Shown one piece after another: positions 11,956 to 25,287 of a DNA stretch of 64,000 bases. Position 1 is the stretch's first letter. Each line of letters begins with the position of its first letter. The stretch is from positions 124,001 to 188,000 of the forward strand of contig NW_025767725.1 in the NCBI RefSeq assembly GCF_003918875.1, given 5' to 3'. Both the position numbers and the translations under genes were made by a program. The notes below the pieces were generated by a model. The model was given only the letters and a program-made list of their open reading frames with translations. It did no database searches and was not told where the DNA came from. This DNA comes from Haliotis rubra (Eukaryota).

Positions 11956-14020
11956 ACCCGTGAAGGCATATTGGTCCACAGCACTCCATTCCTGGTCTTA
12001 AGACCAGGGGCAACCTGTTGGCCGTGGGTTGCGCCCCTGTGTCGGTGGAGGACGGGATTCTGGTGGCTGAGGGCACTGGGAGCCTGGAACCGTGTTCCTT
12101 TTTGCCCAACACACCACTTTGGCCCTGACTTCACCTAGACGGGTGGTAGAATTGGCCGGATTCTATCAATCGGCTGGTCACGCCAAGCCCTGTGCATGGT
12201 GAATATTTTTGCACATTTAAATTAAAATTGGGTCCTAGATATTTTGATCTAATGTGTATAAATTATTAATTACTTTAACTGCCTATATCAGAAGGCGAGT
12301 CCTATGCCAGAAGGCGGTGGCACGGGGCCAATCTGGCAATGTTGACCTCCAAATTCAGTATGTGTCCAATTACTTGTCATGGGCAGAACCACCTTGACAT
12401 TTGATTTGGTATACAAATATTGCTATTTGTGTCATACTTGCTGGAGTATAACATCCCTGTATCCCTGGTGTCGGCGGCCGGTGCTATTTGACATCGTCTT
12501 TGCTGACACTTCATGGTGGGTGGGGAGTAGGGATGCTGAATTTTCCTTTCATTATGGCATCCCCAGAAGCTGGTTCATCTCGCTATGAAAAAAGAGACGC
12601 CTGGACGAACTAGATCGTCCAACTGAAACAATTTCGTGAAACGTTGATTCCTGGCCTAAATTCTTAGTGATCGAAGCTTCTGATTTTCTACCCATTAAAC
12701 TAAATCCATTTGTTATTTCCAAAGCTATCCATGGGATATGTGGAGAAGTTAAAAATGTCTCCGTAGTGGTTCACTTCTGGTGGAGTGCGCACGGAGACAG
12801 CAATCTCTTAATGTTTTGTCTATCAAAACATTTGCTAATATTGAGGTTGCTGTGTCCGTGCACAGGACTCTCAATTCCTGCCGTGGTATCATAAGAGACA
12901 GGGCTCGTTGTCTCTCTGACATGTCAGATGAGGAGCTAGCTGCAAAGCTTGAAGACCAGGCCGTTACGACGGTGAAACATTTCACTATTAAAAAAGATGG
13001 CAAAATCACAAATACAAATACCTATCTCCTGTCCTTTGCTAGATCATCCCTTCCGCAAAGCAGGTTATTTTAACATCGGGATGGTTGGATGTGTATATCC
13101 CCAGTCCACTCCAGTGTTATAAATGTCAACGTTTCGGACATGGGTATCACTCTTGTCGTAATTCCGTGGTGTGTCAGCGTTGTGGTGACCACCATGAAAA
13201 TACAGATTGCGAAAATGACTATAAATGCGCTAATTGTGATGGCTCACATCAAGTCTCATCCAGGTCCTGCCCTGTGTTTCAACGGGAATAAAAAATAATG
13301 AAAATTAAATGTGAGAAAAATATTTCTTACCTTGAGGCCAAGAAACTTTTCACAAATCAGTCATCACTTCCGTCAAATATCACCTATTCCGCCGCAATCA
13401 CCCGCTCTGTTGCGGTGTCCTCCACTGCATGTCAGACTGACTGGACATTGGTCAAGTCAGATAAACCTATCTCTTCAACCTCCAAACCTACTTCCCCAGT
13501 CAGTAAATCTACATCAGGGTCTCAGACTGAAATTCAGCCTAAGACATCACAAGCTTCTGCATCAAAATCAGCTATTTCCCAACCAGCTACATATCAGTCC
13601 AATATGATAAAAGGAAAAACATTGAATAGAACCCAACCTACTCTCACTTCACCTTCGGAGATTCCTCTCCAAAATTCATTTGGACCTCCAGACATGGAGG
13701 TCACTCTGTCCTCACAAGACAGGCAGGGGAGCTTATTCTCCTCACATTAACGTGAACGGTCATCAATTGAGCCACCATGACTCAATTGTCGACTTTGATG
13801 CAATGGAATTGCAGAGGATTGCAGAATAACTTCATAGTGAAACTGTTTTAGATGTAATTACTAGTTTTAAATTCATATCTGTGATAATTGACAGGTGATC
13901 TGATTGACAGGTTTTTATAAATTACCATTAATTACTATGTATAACAATTAATTGTTATCGTCACGATATGACTGAAATATTGCCAATGTGACGATAAATT
14001 GTATACGTAACTCAATCACT
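11956..14020 (+). mobile_element. I/Nimb-clade LINE with 5'UTR, degenerate gag-like ORF1, the start of ORF2 and the 3' tail (ORF2 internally deleted)
   Basis: ORF1 pieces KLNPFVISKAI, VHRTLNSCRGII and three knuckles QCYKCQRFGH, CQRCGDHH, KCANCDGSH; endonuclease start MQWNCRGL at ~13798; then a tail matching 15030-15200 and 17331-17500. Confidence 0.8.
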
Positions 14021-15027
14021 CTTGTTTTTCTGTTTGAAAAATGAAACTCCTACATATGCAAACAACAAGAACTATGGTCATAAGGTGGTGCAAGATGTAC
14101 TCTCAAAATATTCATTATTATCATATCAACATTGATTGACTCCGATATATCTCCCAAATTTTTCAATTATAAATAAAAAGTCAAGTTTCCCTACTTTTTT
14201 AAGAGTATAATTAACACAAAAATGATCACGATATGAAATTAGTGATATCGTTTAGCGCAATGTTGCAACATAAGTAAAGACTAATGTCAATCTCATCGCC
14301 GCCAAACAGCCTTCGACGGTGTGCCATGCCTAATTTTCTTTAAGTGTATGCTTACACTAATAGCTAAAATGATTCTTTGTTAGCCTTTCAAATGCCATGG
14401 AATCAGTTGAATGATAAGAAATGGTATTGAAAAGTTTAGACATAGTTTGAACAGTATAAAATAGCTGGCGAATGAGCGAAAATCCACACATTCCACCAAA
14501 GGGTACTTGACAGTCAAAGGACTGTGACACATAATACATTGAGGGGGATCCTCTTCCAACAATGAAAATGAATGCTATAATGAGAGTGTCTAGCACGATA
14601 CCTTCGGATTGCCAGTGTGACCATATCACTTACAAAATATGTGTATGTGAATATATGTGTCCCAAGATATTTAATAATACTGAGAGACTCACACTTGTGT
14701 TTACTTCCGGTGAAGCAAGTTAATTAAATCTACTTTATCCAAATTTGCCTTACACATGATCTACATACCACAGCGATACTGTGTCTTAACATGAACGCAA
14801 AAAGAACGCATTTGAGAACATAAAACGTCGGTGCAAAAGAATACACAACCTTGAATCTCTTCGCGAACCTCGCAAACAGATTTCTTTTGGTGTTCAGGGC
14901 AAAATAGATCATTAAAAATCAATAACGACACCGGGTAAGTATGTTCTAGCCTGAGGGGAGCACCCACCATTTCTCACAATTTGCAGAAAAAAGCAAGTAC
15001 TCTTGTCATGCAACGTCGGCCTGCAAA

Positions 15028-15287
15028 GAGTGAGTGAGTGAGTTTATCGTCACATTGGCAATATTTCAGCCATATCGTGACGAGAACAATTAATTGTTAT
15101 ACATAGCAATTATTAAATAAAACTGCCAACGAAGGACAGCAAAATAACTAGGTTATCACAGATATGAATTTAAAACTAGTAATTAAATCTAAAACAGTTT
15201 AACTATAGATGACAATACAAAATAAAAACAGGCTATAGCTTGCCAACAACTAAAGGTAGATGACCATACTAGGGACCATGGGGACTT
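15028..15287 (-). mobile_element. 5'-truncated 3' end of the same I/Nimb-like LINE
   Basis: Matches 13840-14020 in reverse; (CACT)n tail. Confidence 0.65.
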
Positions 15288-15381
15288 GTGTTATTAGCTT
15301 CTAATATGCTGTTTATTCAGAGTCAATAAATTATCATTGAGCTCAAATTCAGTTGGGAGAAATGTATTAAATATTGACTTA

Positions 15382-15776
15382 CAGTCCGTTTGAGTCAGAA
15401 ACGGACCGATGAATTGCAAATATGGCTTACAACAGGCAACTGTGGCACCACTTGTCATCCCTTTAAGTCGTGACTATGACACTACGACGGACGAGGAACC
15501 GACAGGTCTCCCTGAATAGATTTTGAGATGTCCCCGCCATGACTGGCTGTTCCGTTTCTGCGGTTTCACCCCGCCGCGACAGATAACAACTTTTGCGTTT
15601 TCAATGATGATAGTTTCTTAAACAACTTTTTGGTGGAGTCCGGAAAATTTTCAAATATAAGAAAGCTGTTGGGTATTAGTAAATGATAAACATGTGTACT
15701 ATTTATATTTATGTGGCAATTTTGTACAATGATAAAATTTGCAATTCATCGGTCCGTTTCTAACTCAAACGGACTA
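15382..15776. mobile_element. Tc1/mariner-type MITE
   Basis: ~40-bp TIRs CAGTCCGTTTGAGTCAGAAACGGACCGATGAATTGCAAAT / ATTTGCAATTCATCGGTCCGTTTCTAACTCAAACGGACTA, flanked by TA. Confidence 0.85.
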
Positions 15777-15954
15777 TAGTTGAACTTGAAATGGGTCAGC
15801 GAGACCTTGTCGTTGTGCGTTATGGCAGTCATTTGATAGTTTGGACAGGAATGGTTTATTTACACGCTGTAATAATGTTGTGTACGGCGTTGAAGAACAA
15901 ACAGAAAGGTTTTTGATAAGTTTAAACAACCATGCTTTCAGTTTGTTTTGGGTT

Positions 15955-16115
15955 GGGTGGGGTAGCCTAATGGTTAAAGCGTTGGCTCGTCACGCCGAAG
16001 ACCCGGGTTCGAATCCCCACATGGGCACAATGTGTGAAGCCCATTTCTGGTGTCCCCCGCCGTGATGTTGCTGGAATATTGCAAAAGCGGCGTAAAACCA
16101 AACTCAGTCAGTCAG
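15955..16115 (+). mobile_element. SINE family 1
   Basis: A/B boxes and tail. Confidence 0.85.
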
Positions 16116-16129
16116 TTTGCTTTGTTCTT

Positions 16130-16350
16130 GTTTGTTGTTTAACGCCGCACTCAGCAATGTTCCAGCTACATAGTGGTGGTCTGTGAATAATCGAGTCTGG
16201 ACCAGACAATCCAGTGATCAACAGCATGAGCAATATTCTACGTCATTTGGATACGATGACATGTGTCAACCAAGTCATCGAGCCTGACCACCCGACCCCG
16301 TTAGTCGCCTTTTACGACGAACATGGGTTACTGAAGAACAATTCTAACCT
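16130..16350 (-). mobile_element. Retroposon family 2
   Basis: Reverse copy, (CAAA)-type tail. Confidence 0.75.
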
Positions 16351-16984
16351 CATCGTCACTGGTCAAGTATCTATTCTGTCCTTGCATCCTTATAAGGAGT
16401 ATGAATTTAGGAAACAGACACACCTACGGCTCTGATAAACCTGGGGCTGTAATTAAAGAGAAACCAAAATTTGAACCGAGAGCGCCACTAACACGCCCCA
16501 CTCAGCAATGTCTGTTTGACCAACCATGTCTCGAGACAAAAACACACCAAGATATTAATAAAAATACATTTTATTGTGAAAAGTTCTCCACTAAAACAAC
16601 CAAACCCTGTGTTTAGACATTGTTAGATCCAACGAAATAACGTTAAGAATAAATTCGTAATTAGAAGATTACACGTATGGAAATCATTACAGTGTGCAGT
16701 TACACGATGATTACGACTCCATCAATTCTTTCAACAAAATATTTATCTGTAGCGTATTACATTGTATGCGTTATGTACTTGTGAATCAGATAGACCCGAA
16801 ATCCATCAATTTATAAACATGTTGTGTGATGAATATAAATCCGACCTTTTTTAAAATATATAATGCGTATGTGCATATTGTACCTGTCAATCAAATATAT
16901 CTGAGATCTGCAACCTCCCTCCCCAATTAAAAAGACACGCTATGTGATGATCATATCCAATGCCCGTGTGCTTCACGTCCGGTG

Positions 16985-18891
16985 TCAGTACTTTGGGGGA
17001 TAGGCTGCAGGGGCAACCGGGTAGGGTGGGGCTGTTGGGGGTCCCGGGTAGGCGAGGGGAGGGTATTGTGGCATCTGTTGGTTACCGTAGGCGCCCTGAT
17101 CTGCAAATAATCAATTTTATACAGGTTTCAGATCAGACTATTTTTAAATTATATTAATGTTATTGCTTCGTTCATCTTCATTTCAGTCAGGGGATATAAC
17201 CTTAATTTCTGAAACATTTGAATCAAGCTTAATTTGGATTTCTTTATGTGACAGATACAAGTTTGAAGTTCCATGTTCATTATACTTTAATGTTGGTATT
17301 ATGCGGGAGCATTGGATGCCCAGTCGTCTAAGTGAGTGAGAAAGTTAATATTTAACGTCACATCTGCAATATCTCAGCCATATCCTGACGAGAACAATTT
17401 ATACAATAAAAAATGAAAACATTTTGAAGAGTAAAACCTGTCGACGATGGACAGTAAAATACTAGAGTATCCCAGATATGAATATAAAGCTAGCAAGTAA
17501 AACTAAATATTTTAATTAAAGAAACAATACCTTATAAAACACGAGCTATAGATCGCCAACAACTGAAGGCAGATCACCATACTAGGAAACATGGGGACTC
17601 ACATTACTTTTGCTACCTGCATGCACCCTAGTTGGATTTACACCATCCCTTCAGCCGCTGGCAATGGTAGGAATATTAAGCCGAAATTTAAAATAACAAA
17701 AATGCTGCGATTAAAAAGAATGGTTGAGCAAAATTGAATTTGAAGGATTCTGGGACTTACGTACCCTCTCAGGAGGACAATAATTTTACGATACTTTAAC
17801 CCCCTTTGAGGATACAGCCACTAACAATCGCAGGTGCTAATTTATCTTACCATTTATAAAATAGCATTTATCTATTTACAAAACATATAGTTATCCAATA
17901 GTCTTTGATCGTGGAGTCGAATCCCAGTTCGCCTTGCTATGGTTTCCATGTTCCAACACCAAACCTTGCTTGTTGGTCTCACCAAAGAGGTAAAAATTCT
18001 GAAATGGGTATCACTTCATGATTTTCTCACTCACTCACTCACTCATTCACTCACTGGCCCACCCACACACTCACCGACTCACCCACTCACTCAACCCACT
18101 CACTCACTCACTCACTCACCCCACCCACACACACACACTCACTCACTCACTCACTCGCTCACCCACACACCCACTCACCGACTCACCCACTCACTCACTC
18201 ACTCACCCACCCACTCACCGACTCACTCACTCAATCAATCACTCATCCACCCACCCACTCACCGACTCACTCACTCACTTTTAGTTATATGACTGCGTGA
18301 CAACTACACGGGAAAGCAAAGTGGTGTAAAGGTTGGCGACGTTACACGATGTAGATGACACAATGAGTATGGTGCCAGCAAACCAACAAACATTAGCATA
18401 GCAAATCTGGGATTCGAACCCATGGTTTTCTGACGCCAATTTCTACACAACAAATTCCCAGCCTCCATGGAATGTTTAACAAAGGAACATAGATACGTTG
18501 AAAGTATCCATACTTGCGGTGTTCGCAACCACTGCAACGTTAGGTGGTTGAGCCGTATGCATCACATCAGTCCGTCTCTGGATATTTCCTCTGTGAGCTT
18601 GTCGACAGCATGCTCCTATGCAACTCAGGACAACTGCCAGGCATGCGCAGATGATACCAATGCCGGCTCTGAAATGGCAATAATAACGAATAATAAAAAG
18701 TGAGTGAGTGAGTATGGTTTTGCGACGCTTTTAGCAATATTCCAGCAATATCACGTCGAGGGACACCAAACAATGAAAATGACCTTTACACATTGTACCC
18801 ATGCAGGACATCGAACCCAGGTATTCGGTGGGAGTAGAGAACACTTTAACTACTAGGCTACTCAACCGCTGATAGTAAAAATGATGATGAC

Positions 18892-18926
<35 letters not shown>

Positions 18927-21900
18927 GCATAAAAACACGACACGTTCAAAGGGTGTCACATTTACCCCGGGACCGATCAAAGGATGTGTAACCTATCTAA
19001 ATGGAACTTTTTCTCCCCGGGAAGTATAGACAATATGCATATTTAACCCCCTGTCTAATTTAGTCGCTTGACATTAATTTCAAGTGATCTCAGTGGATGT
19101 TTGGAGTGAGTGAGTGAGTTGGGATTTACGTCGCTTTTAGCAATATTCCAGCAATATCACGGCGGGGGACACCAGAAATGGGCTTCACACATTGTACCAA
19201 TGTTGGGAATCGAACCCAGATCTTCGGCGTGACGAGCGAAGGGTTTAACCACTAGGCTACCCCACCACCCCGGATGTTTGCTGTGAGGTGTGACAGCATT
19301 GCATGCATAATCTTCACTGTACACATAAAGTAAATCAAACCTGATATGTTTAGATATAAATGACATCATATATCCTGTTTCACAAGAAACAGTGTGTCAC
19401 TGTCGCATGATGCGTTTCTGTTTTATTGCGATGACCTGTCCGGTCAAGCTTGTTTACACTAGCTACTGATATTGAGGTAGGGCACATTATGCACTAAGTC
19501 TTTAAAGTTAAAGCTTTGTCGCCCAGGAAGTACTTTTCATGTAAAAGAGGCATTTTGGCCACCAAATACCCGTTCTTGCCGATTCGATCCGTGATATACC
19601 AAAAGACGTTTAACGATCATACTGACTGGCTGAAAACTAGTAAACTGTGTAAGAAGTCATCCATGTTAAATTGCAGCACTGTAACCCCAGCATTGAATCC
19701 CTAGCATTGAATTCCCAGCATTGTATCCCCAGCATTGTATCCCCAGCATTGTATTCCCAGCATTGTATCCCCATTGTATTCCAGCATTGTATTCCAAGCA
19801 TTGTATCCCCAGCATTGAATAGACTAGGGCCGATTGTGGATAAAAGTAATGCAAGAGGCATATTTTAGTAGGATTTGGTATCCAGGCTTTTTTATCTATT
19901 TAAAGGGTCTGATCACGAAAACATAGGATACCAAGCTGAAAAAAGTGTTTTTGACCCTCAAAATAGAAAAACAAAATGGCCGCCAAAATCGCTCAAAATA
20001 GTGGTAGGTGTGCATAGTATTTTCGCCTAAGACTGCATCTCTATTTTTTTAATTTTGGAAACTTGACCTTTTATGACATTTAAAGAATGCTGATCATGAA
20101 GAAAAAGGATTCCAAGCTGAAAGTAGTGGTAGGTGTGCACGGTATGTCATCACCTGTGACTGTACATCTATTTTTTAAATATTTTTATACTGACCTTTTT
20201 AGATATTTTAAAGGGTGCTTATCACGAAAAAATAGAATACCAACTGAAATACAAAATTCATTAATTATGAACCTCAAAATTGAAAAAAAACAATATGGCC
20301 GCAAAAATAGCTGATTTTGTGCTGATTATTTCATTGTTACCTTGACGGTATTGAGGCAGTGAGGAAACAAATAGTATTAAAAGTTATACCAATACACAAC
20401 TACATATTTTTTAATCATTTCGGATGAAAACAATAATAATCAATGAAACTTTAACAAACTATTCTCAATCAACCTGAACCATACCAAAGTCATAACAATA
20501 ATGTCACTCACACTTGATTCTCATATACATTAGAATTCCAATTTCCCATGTTATACACAACCATAATATTCAAAGATTCATTGAATAAGCATCTTTGTGA
20601 CTTGCCGCACGTGGCAATACAAGGCAGATTTGATCTCTTGCATTTGCAGCGCATTGTCTGACATGAGCATCTAATAAGTGCAAGACAGGCTTCAGGAATC
20701 GGATCCAAAGACATCAACTGGGGTTGTTGACCTTTGTTTGCTCGTGTCCAACCCATCTCTGTGAATCTGAGAAGTGATGGAATAGCTTCCCAGGCTTTCC
20801 TCAAGATCATGATTTGGTAATGGACACGCTGGAAGTGGTGGCATAGGGCATCACTTGTTTGTGGCATCAACTCAGGGTTAATAATAATTATAATCCCCAG
20901 CACTGAATCCCCAGAATTATATCCCCAGTAATGTACCCCCAGCACTGCATCCCCATCTTTGTATCCCCAGTATAGTATCCCCAGCATCGTATCCCCGATA
21001 TTGTATCCGCAGCATTGTATCCCCGGCATTGAATCCTCAGGATTCTTTACCCAATTGGCGAGTCAATACTGAAGCATACGACACTGACAGATCGTAATAC
21101 AACTGAAATACCCTTTCAAAGGATTGTTAAACACACACGCACGCACATACATACTCACACGCACACACATAAATGTTGATCATTACTTACCCATTACTCA
21201 AACAACAGTAAACAAAATACGCGTCCTCACAACATCCGAAAATACAGGTGATTGACTCGTCCGCCCCGTAGCAAGTTTCAGACAGTGCACCTGAAGAACA
21301 AAGTATAATGAAGTCCATATGTCCTGAAAATCTCCCTCGTTAGTATGTCATGGTGGATCTCTCACTGAATCAAAGTGTACTTTATTACAGGTAAAATCGG
21401 AATATTGACATCCTCATGACTTGTAATCTCTTGCCTTAGTATGTCATGTTGGTTCTCATCACTGAATCAAAGTGTACTTATTACAGGTAAATTCAGAATA
21501 ATGACATCATTATGTCCTGAAATCTCCCTCGTTAATCTCTCTAGTAAGTATTTTATGCTGGATCTTTCACTGAATCAAAGTGTACTTTATCACAGGTCAA
21601 ATCAGAATAATGACATCCTTATGACTTGTAATCTCTCTCGTTAGTATGTCATATTGATTCTCTCACTGAATCAAAGTGTACTTATTACAGGTAAAATCAG
21701 AATATTGACATCCTCATGACTTCTAATCCCTCTAGTAAGTATGTTATGCTGGATCTTTCACTGAATCAAAGAGTACTTTATTACAGGTAAAATCAAAATA
21801 ATGACATCCTCATGACTTGTAATCTCTCTAGTTACAATTCTATGCTGGATCTTTAACTGAATCAAAGTGTACTTTATTACAGATGAAATCAGAATAATGA

Positions 21901-23372
21901 CATCCTAATGACTTGTAATCTCTCTAGATGCAATTTGAAGCTGGATCTTTTGCTGATTCAAAGTGTACTTTATTACAGGTACAATCAGAATAATGACATC
22001 CTAATGACTTGTAATCTCTCTAGTTACAATTCTATGCTGGATCTTTCACTGTTTCAAAGTGTACTTTATTACAGGTGAAATCAGAATAATGACATCCTAA
22101 TGACTTCTAATCTCTCTAGTTACAATTTTAAGCTGGATCTTTCACAGAATCAAAGTGTACTTTACTACAGGTAAAATCAGAATATTGACATCCTTATGTC
22201 CTGAAATCTCTCTCGTTACTATGTTATGTTGGATCTTTCACTGAATCAGGGTATACTTTATTACAGGTAAAATCAGAATAATGACATCCTTATGACTTGT
22301 AATCTCTCTCGTTAGTATGTTATGCTGGATCTATCACAGAATCAAAGTGTACTTTATTACAGGTAAAATCAGAATAATGACATCCTTATGACTTGTAATC
22401 TCTCTCGTTACTATGTTATGCTGGACCTTTCACTGAATCAAAGTGTACTTTATTACAGGAAAATTCCAAAATAATAACATCCTCATGACTTGTAATCTCT
22501 CTAGTTACAATTCTATGCTGGATCTTTCACTGAATCAAAGTGTACTTATTACAGGTAAAAGTCAGAATATTGACATCCTTATGTCCTGAAAACTCTCTCG
22601 TTAGTATGTCATGTTGGATCTTTCACTGAATCAAAGTGTACTTTATTACAGGTGAAATCAGAATAATGACATCCTCATGACTTCTAATCTCTCTAGTTAC
22701 AATTTTATGCTGGATCTTTCACTGAATCAAAGTGTACTTTAGTACAGGTAAAATCAGAATAATGACATCCTCATGACTTGTAATCTCTCTTGTTTGTATG
22801 TCATGCTTGATCTCTCACTGAATCAAAGAGTATCTTACTGCAGGTAAAAGTCAGAATATTGACATCCTTATGTTCTGCAATCTCCCTCGTTATTATGTCA
22901 CGTTGGATCTTTCACTGAATCAAAGTGTTCTTCAATACAGGTAAAATCAGAATTATGTTATGTCCTGCAATCTCCCTCGTTAGTATTCCATGCTTGATCC
23001 CTCAATGAATCAAAGTTTATTTTATTACAGGTAAAATCAGACATATTTTCATCAAATCGGCAAAGTTTCAATTAAACCAGACGATGTAATGATACTTTGA
23101 TATAACGGTAAATTGTAAATGAGAGCTATCTTGTGTCAGTAAATACCCGAAATGTCATAGTCTGGATTAGGTCTTGCTTGTCAAACATGTACATGGCAAA
23201 TTACACGCAAACCCAGTAATACACCTTCATGAAAGTATACAATTACAATTATGAAGTTGTTAAACATTTCATTTACCGTTTATACCGTGAAATGAGCAGA
23301 TAAATAGCGTTTTGACATACCTGTAACGCAGCTAAGTAAAATCCATGAGGGCAACAGAATATTCGCGGCCAT
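16985..23372 (-). CDS. G2: Shisa-like/CYYR1-like single-pass membrane protein, 140 aa; join(23372-23321, 21290-21191, 18668-18514, 17100-16985)
   Basis: Hand-spliced with canonical GT-AG and phases 1-2-1: MAANILLPSWILLSCVTG|ALSETCYGADESITCIFGCCEDAYFVYCCLSNG|AGIGIICACLAVVLSCIGACCRQAHRG...ANTA|NQGAYGNQQMPQYPPLAYPGPPTAPPYPVAPAAYPPKY*. Minus-strand AATAAA at 16570-16575. Confidence 0.9.
17331..17850 (-). mobile_element. 3' end of an I/Nimb-like LINE in G2 intron 3
   Basis: Homologous to 15028-15287 and 13840-14020. Confidence 0.6.
18027..18278. repeat. Degenerate (CACT/CACC)n microsatellite
   Basis: Directly visible. Confidence 0.9.
18699..18869 (-). mobile_element. SINE family 1, tail ~30 nt upstream of the G2 exon-3 acceptor
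   Basis: B box and tail on the minus strand; (GAT)n follows at ~18880-18925. Confidence 0.8.
19104..19270 (-). mobile_element. SINE family 1
   Basis: A/B boxes and tail. Confidence 0.85.
19675..19820. repeat. ~15-bp minisatellite (CCCAGCATTGTATCC), left part
   Basis: Directly visible; continues at 20895-21035. Confidence 0.85.
19825..20880 (-). mobile_element. DNA transposon fragment, Academ-like C-terminus (Cys-rich CXC)
   Basis: PQTSDALCHHFQRVHYQ...GW...IPEACLALIRCSC..RCKCKRSNLPCIATC in ORF 20508-21029; superfamily assignment from memory. Confidence 0.55.
20895..21035. repeat. ~15-bp minisatellite, right part
   Basis: Same unit as 19675-19820. Confidence 0.8.
21293..23040. repeat. ~96-bp tandem repeat, ~18 copies, filling most of G2 intron 1
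   Basis: CTGAATCAAAG recurs at 21365, 21462, 21570, 21666, 21761, 21857 and onward. Confidence 0.95.
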
Positions 23373-23936
23373 TTTGAACACCGACGGTAGACCAAGTGAG
23401 TCAGTTTGCTGATAACACGGCCCTTATATGTTCTGATTGTTTGTCGTATCAGTGTTACCATGGAGGGAAAGATACCGCAAGGAAAGACGGGACTGCATAT
23501 TTCGAATCTTTGACAAAATGCAATTCGGAAAATATTGCGTAATGTTGACCTTTCAAGCTTTCTATTTTAGTGTTCAGTTCATAGCTGTGTTTTGTTAAAG
23601 CAGTTTTTTACAAGATAATTTGACAAAACTAGGACAAAAGAAAAACCCATATGTATAACAGTAAATATTGCGTAACACAGGCTTAGTTAATCGTCACATA
23701 CGACCTACGCAGTATACTGTCAGGGGGAAATGTAAGCCTACGTGCCGTTAATCTTTATCGATAAGATAAAGCGCACCCACAACCAATCACCCACCTACCA
23801 TACAATGAAAAACGTTTATATCCGACATTATTTAGTGACGATTTCAAATAAACGACAAGTTACATTCACGTTCTTCTATCCTAATAATATATTGCACTTG
23901 TAAATTTTCAGCAAAGAGCATTGTTTTAAGGACGAC

Positions 23937-24120
23937 AGGGGCGGTGGAGTAGTGTTATGGTTAAAGCGTTCGCTTGTCACGCTGAAGACCCTAGTTCGAT
24001 TCCCCACATGGGTGCACTGTATGAAGCCCATTTCTGGTGTCCACCGCCGTGATGTTGCTAGAATATTGCTAAAACGGCGTAAAACCTCACTCACTCATTC
24101 AATCACTCACTCACTCACTC
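23937..24120 (+). mobile_element. SINE family 1
   Basis: B box and long (CACT)n tail. Confidence 0.8.
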
Positions 24121-24804
24121 AATGATAATAGATTTATTTACATGTGTTTGTTTGTTTAACTTGGTGCTCCGTAATATTCCAGCTATATGACGGGGACCAA
24201 GCAATCCATTGATAGAGTGAGTGAGTATTGCTTTATGCCGCTTTTAACAATATTATGATTATTAACTTATATCGAATAGCGATGATACCAGCTTGTCGCC
24301 TTCTCCGTTTACACAATGATGACATAGGTAAGATCCACCTACAATATCCATGAAAGTGTGTAAACTGTGCAGCACTGGTTGGGCGACATTCAACCAGCCA
24401 GACAGGGTTCGTGTTTTCCTGCATTGCTTATCACCGTGTCTAAGCTTTTTTAAATCCACTTCAATCAAACGGGGGAAGATTGTCTCGAAGATCATAAGTG
24501 TTATCCTCGAGAAGCTTCGTGATAACCGAAGCAAAAGACGATTTATGTCCACTTACATAGACTAGGGTAAACAGTAAATAATATGACGTCGGTACAAGGC
24601 CGATACATGATCTGATATTGTCTGTATGAAATGTATGCAGTTACTGATAAATGTATGGACAGTTATTATTAAAATGTCTTCTAAGCAGTGCCGGTTAACA
24701 AATGTATGTGCGTTTATAGTAGTGCAGTGGCAAGGGGTGAAAATAGATACTTGGGGGACTAAAGCATGAAACGTTGCAAAGTGCTGGGGAATATCAACAA
24801 ATAT

Positions 24805-25287
24805 ACTCTTTAAAAAAGTAGGGGAACTTCATTTTTAATTTACGATTGAAAAATTGGGAGATATATCGGAGTTATTCAATGTTGATATGATAATAATGAA
24901 TGTTTTGAGAGTACATCACCACTTGCACTTCCTTATGACCATAGTTGTTTGTACAGTAATCGCTCGTGAAAGATGATTGGTGTATGACGTGAAATTTGCA
25001 TGTGTACGATTTTAGAAACAAACACTTACAACTTTGTGATGCAAGATAATTTTCAAAATTAATGGTCTTCAGTGATTTATCGAAATTCTTGAAAACCGTC
25101 AAAATCAAGAATGGCCCCCATGCGTGGGTCTGCTGCGTTGTGCACGTGCATCACATCCGTTGTGTTTAAGGGTGGTGATAAAGAGAAATGGTGGTGTGTT
25201 CATAAGATGTCTGTCTTGGAAAAGTTTCTTAACGCTTATACTTCCTATCTCAATTGAAATTTTAGGTCCCCCTACTTTTTAAAGATA
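24805..25287. mobile_element. ~480-bp MITE with TIRs (CTTTAAAAA(A)GTAGGGG / CCCCTACTTTTTAAAG)
   Basis: Inverted ends; further partial copies at 3243-4726, 14020-14207 and 35640-35817. Confidence 0.7.

Noticed and set aside
17939-18949. His/Thr-rich and poly-His ORFs
   Set aside because: Products of (CACT)n and (GAT)n microsatellites.
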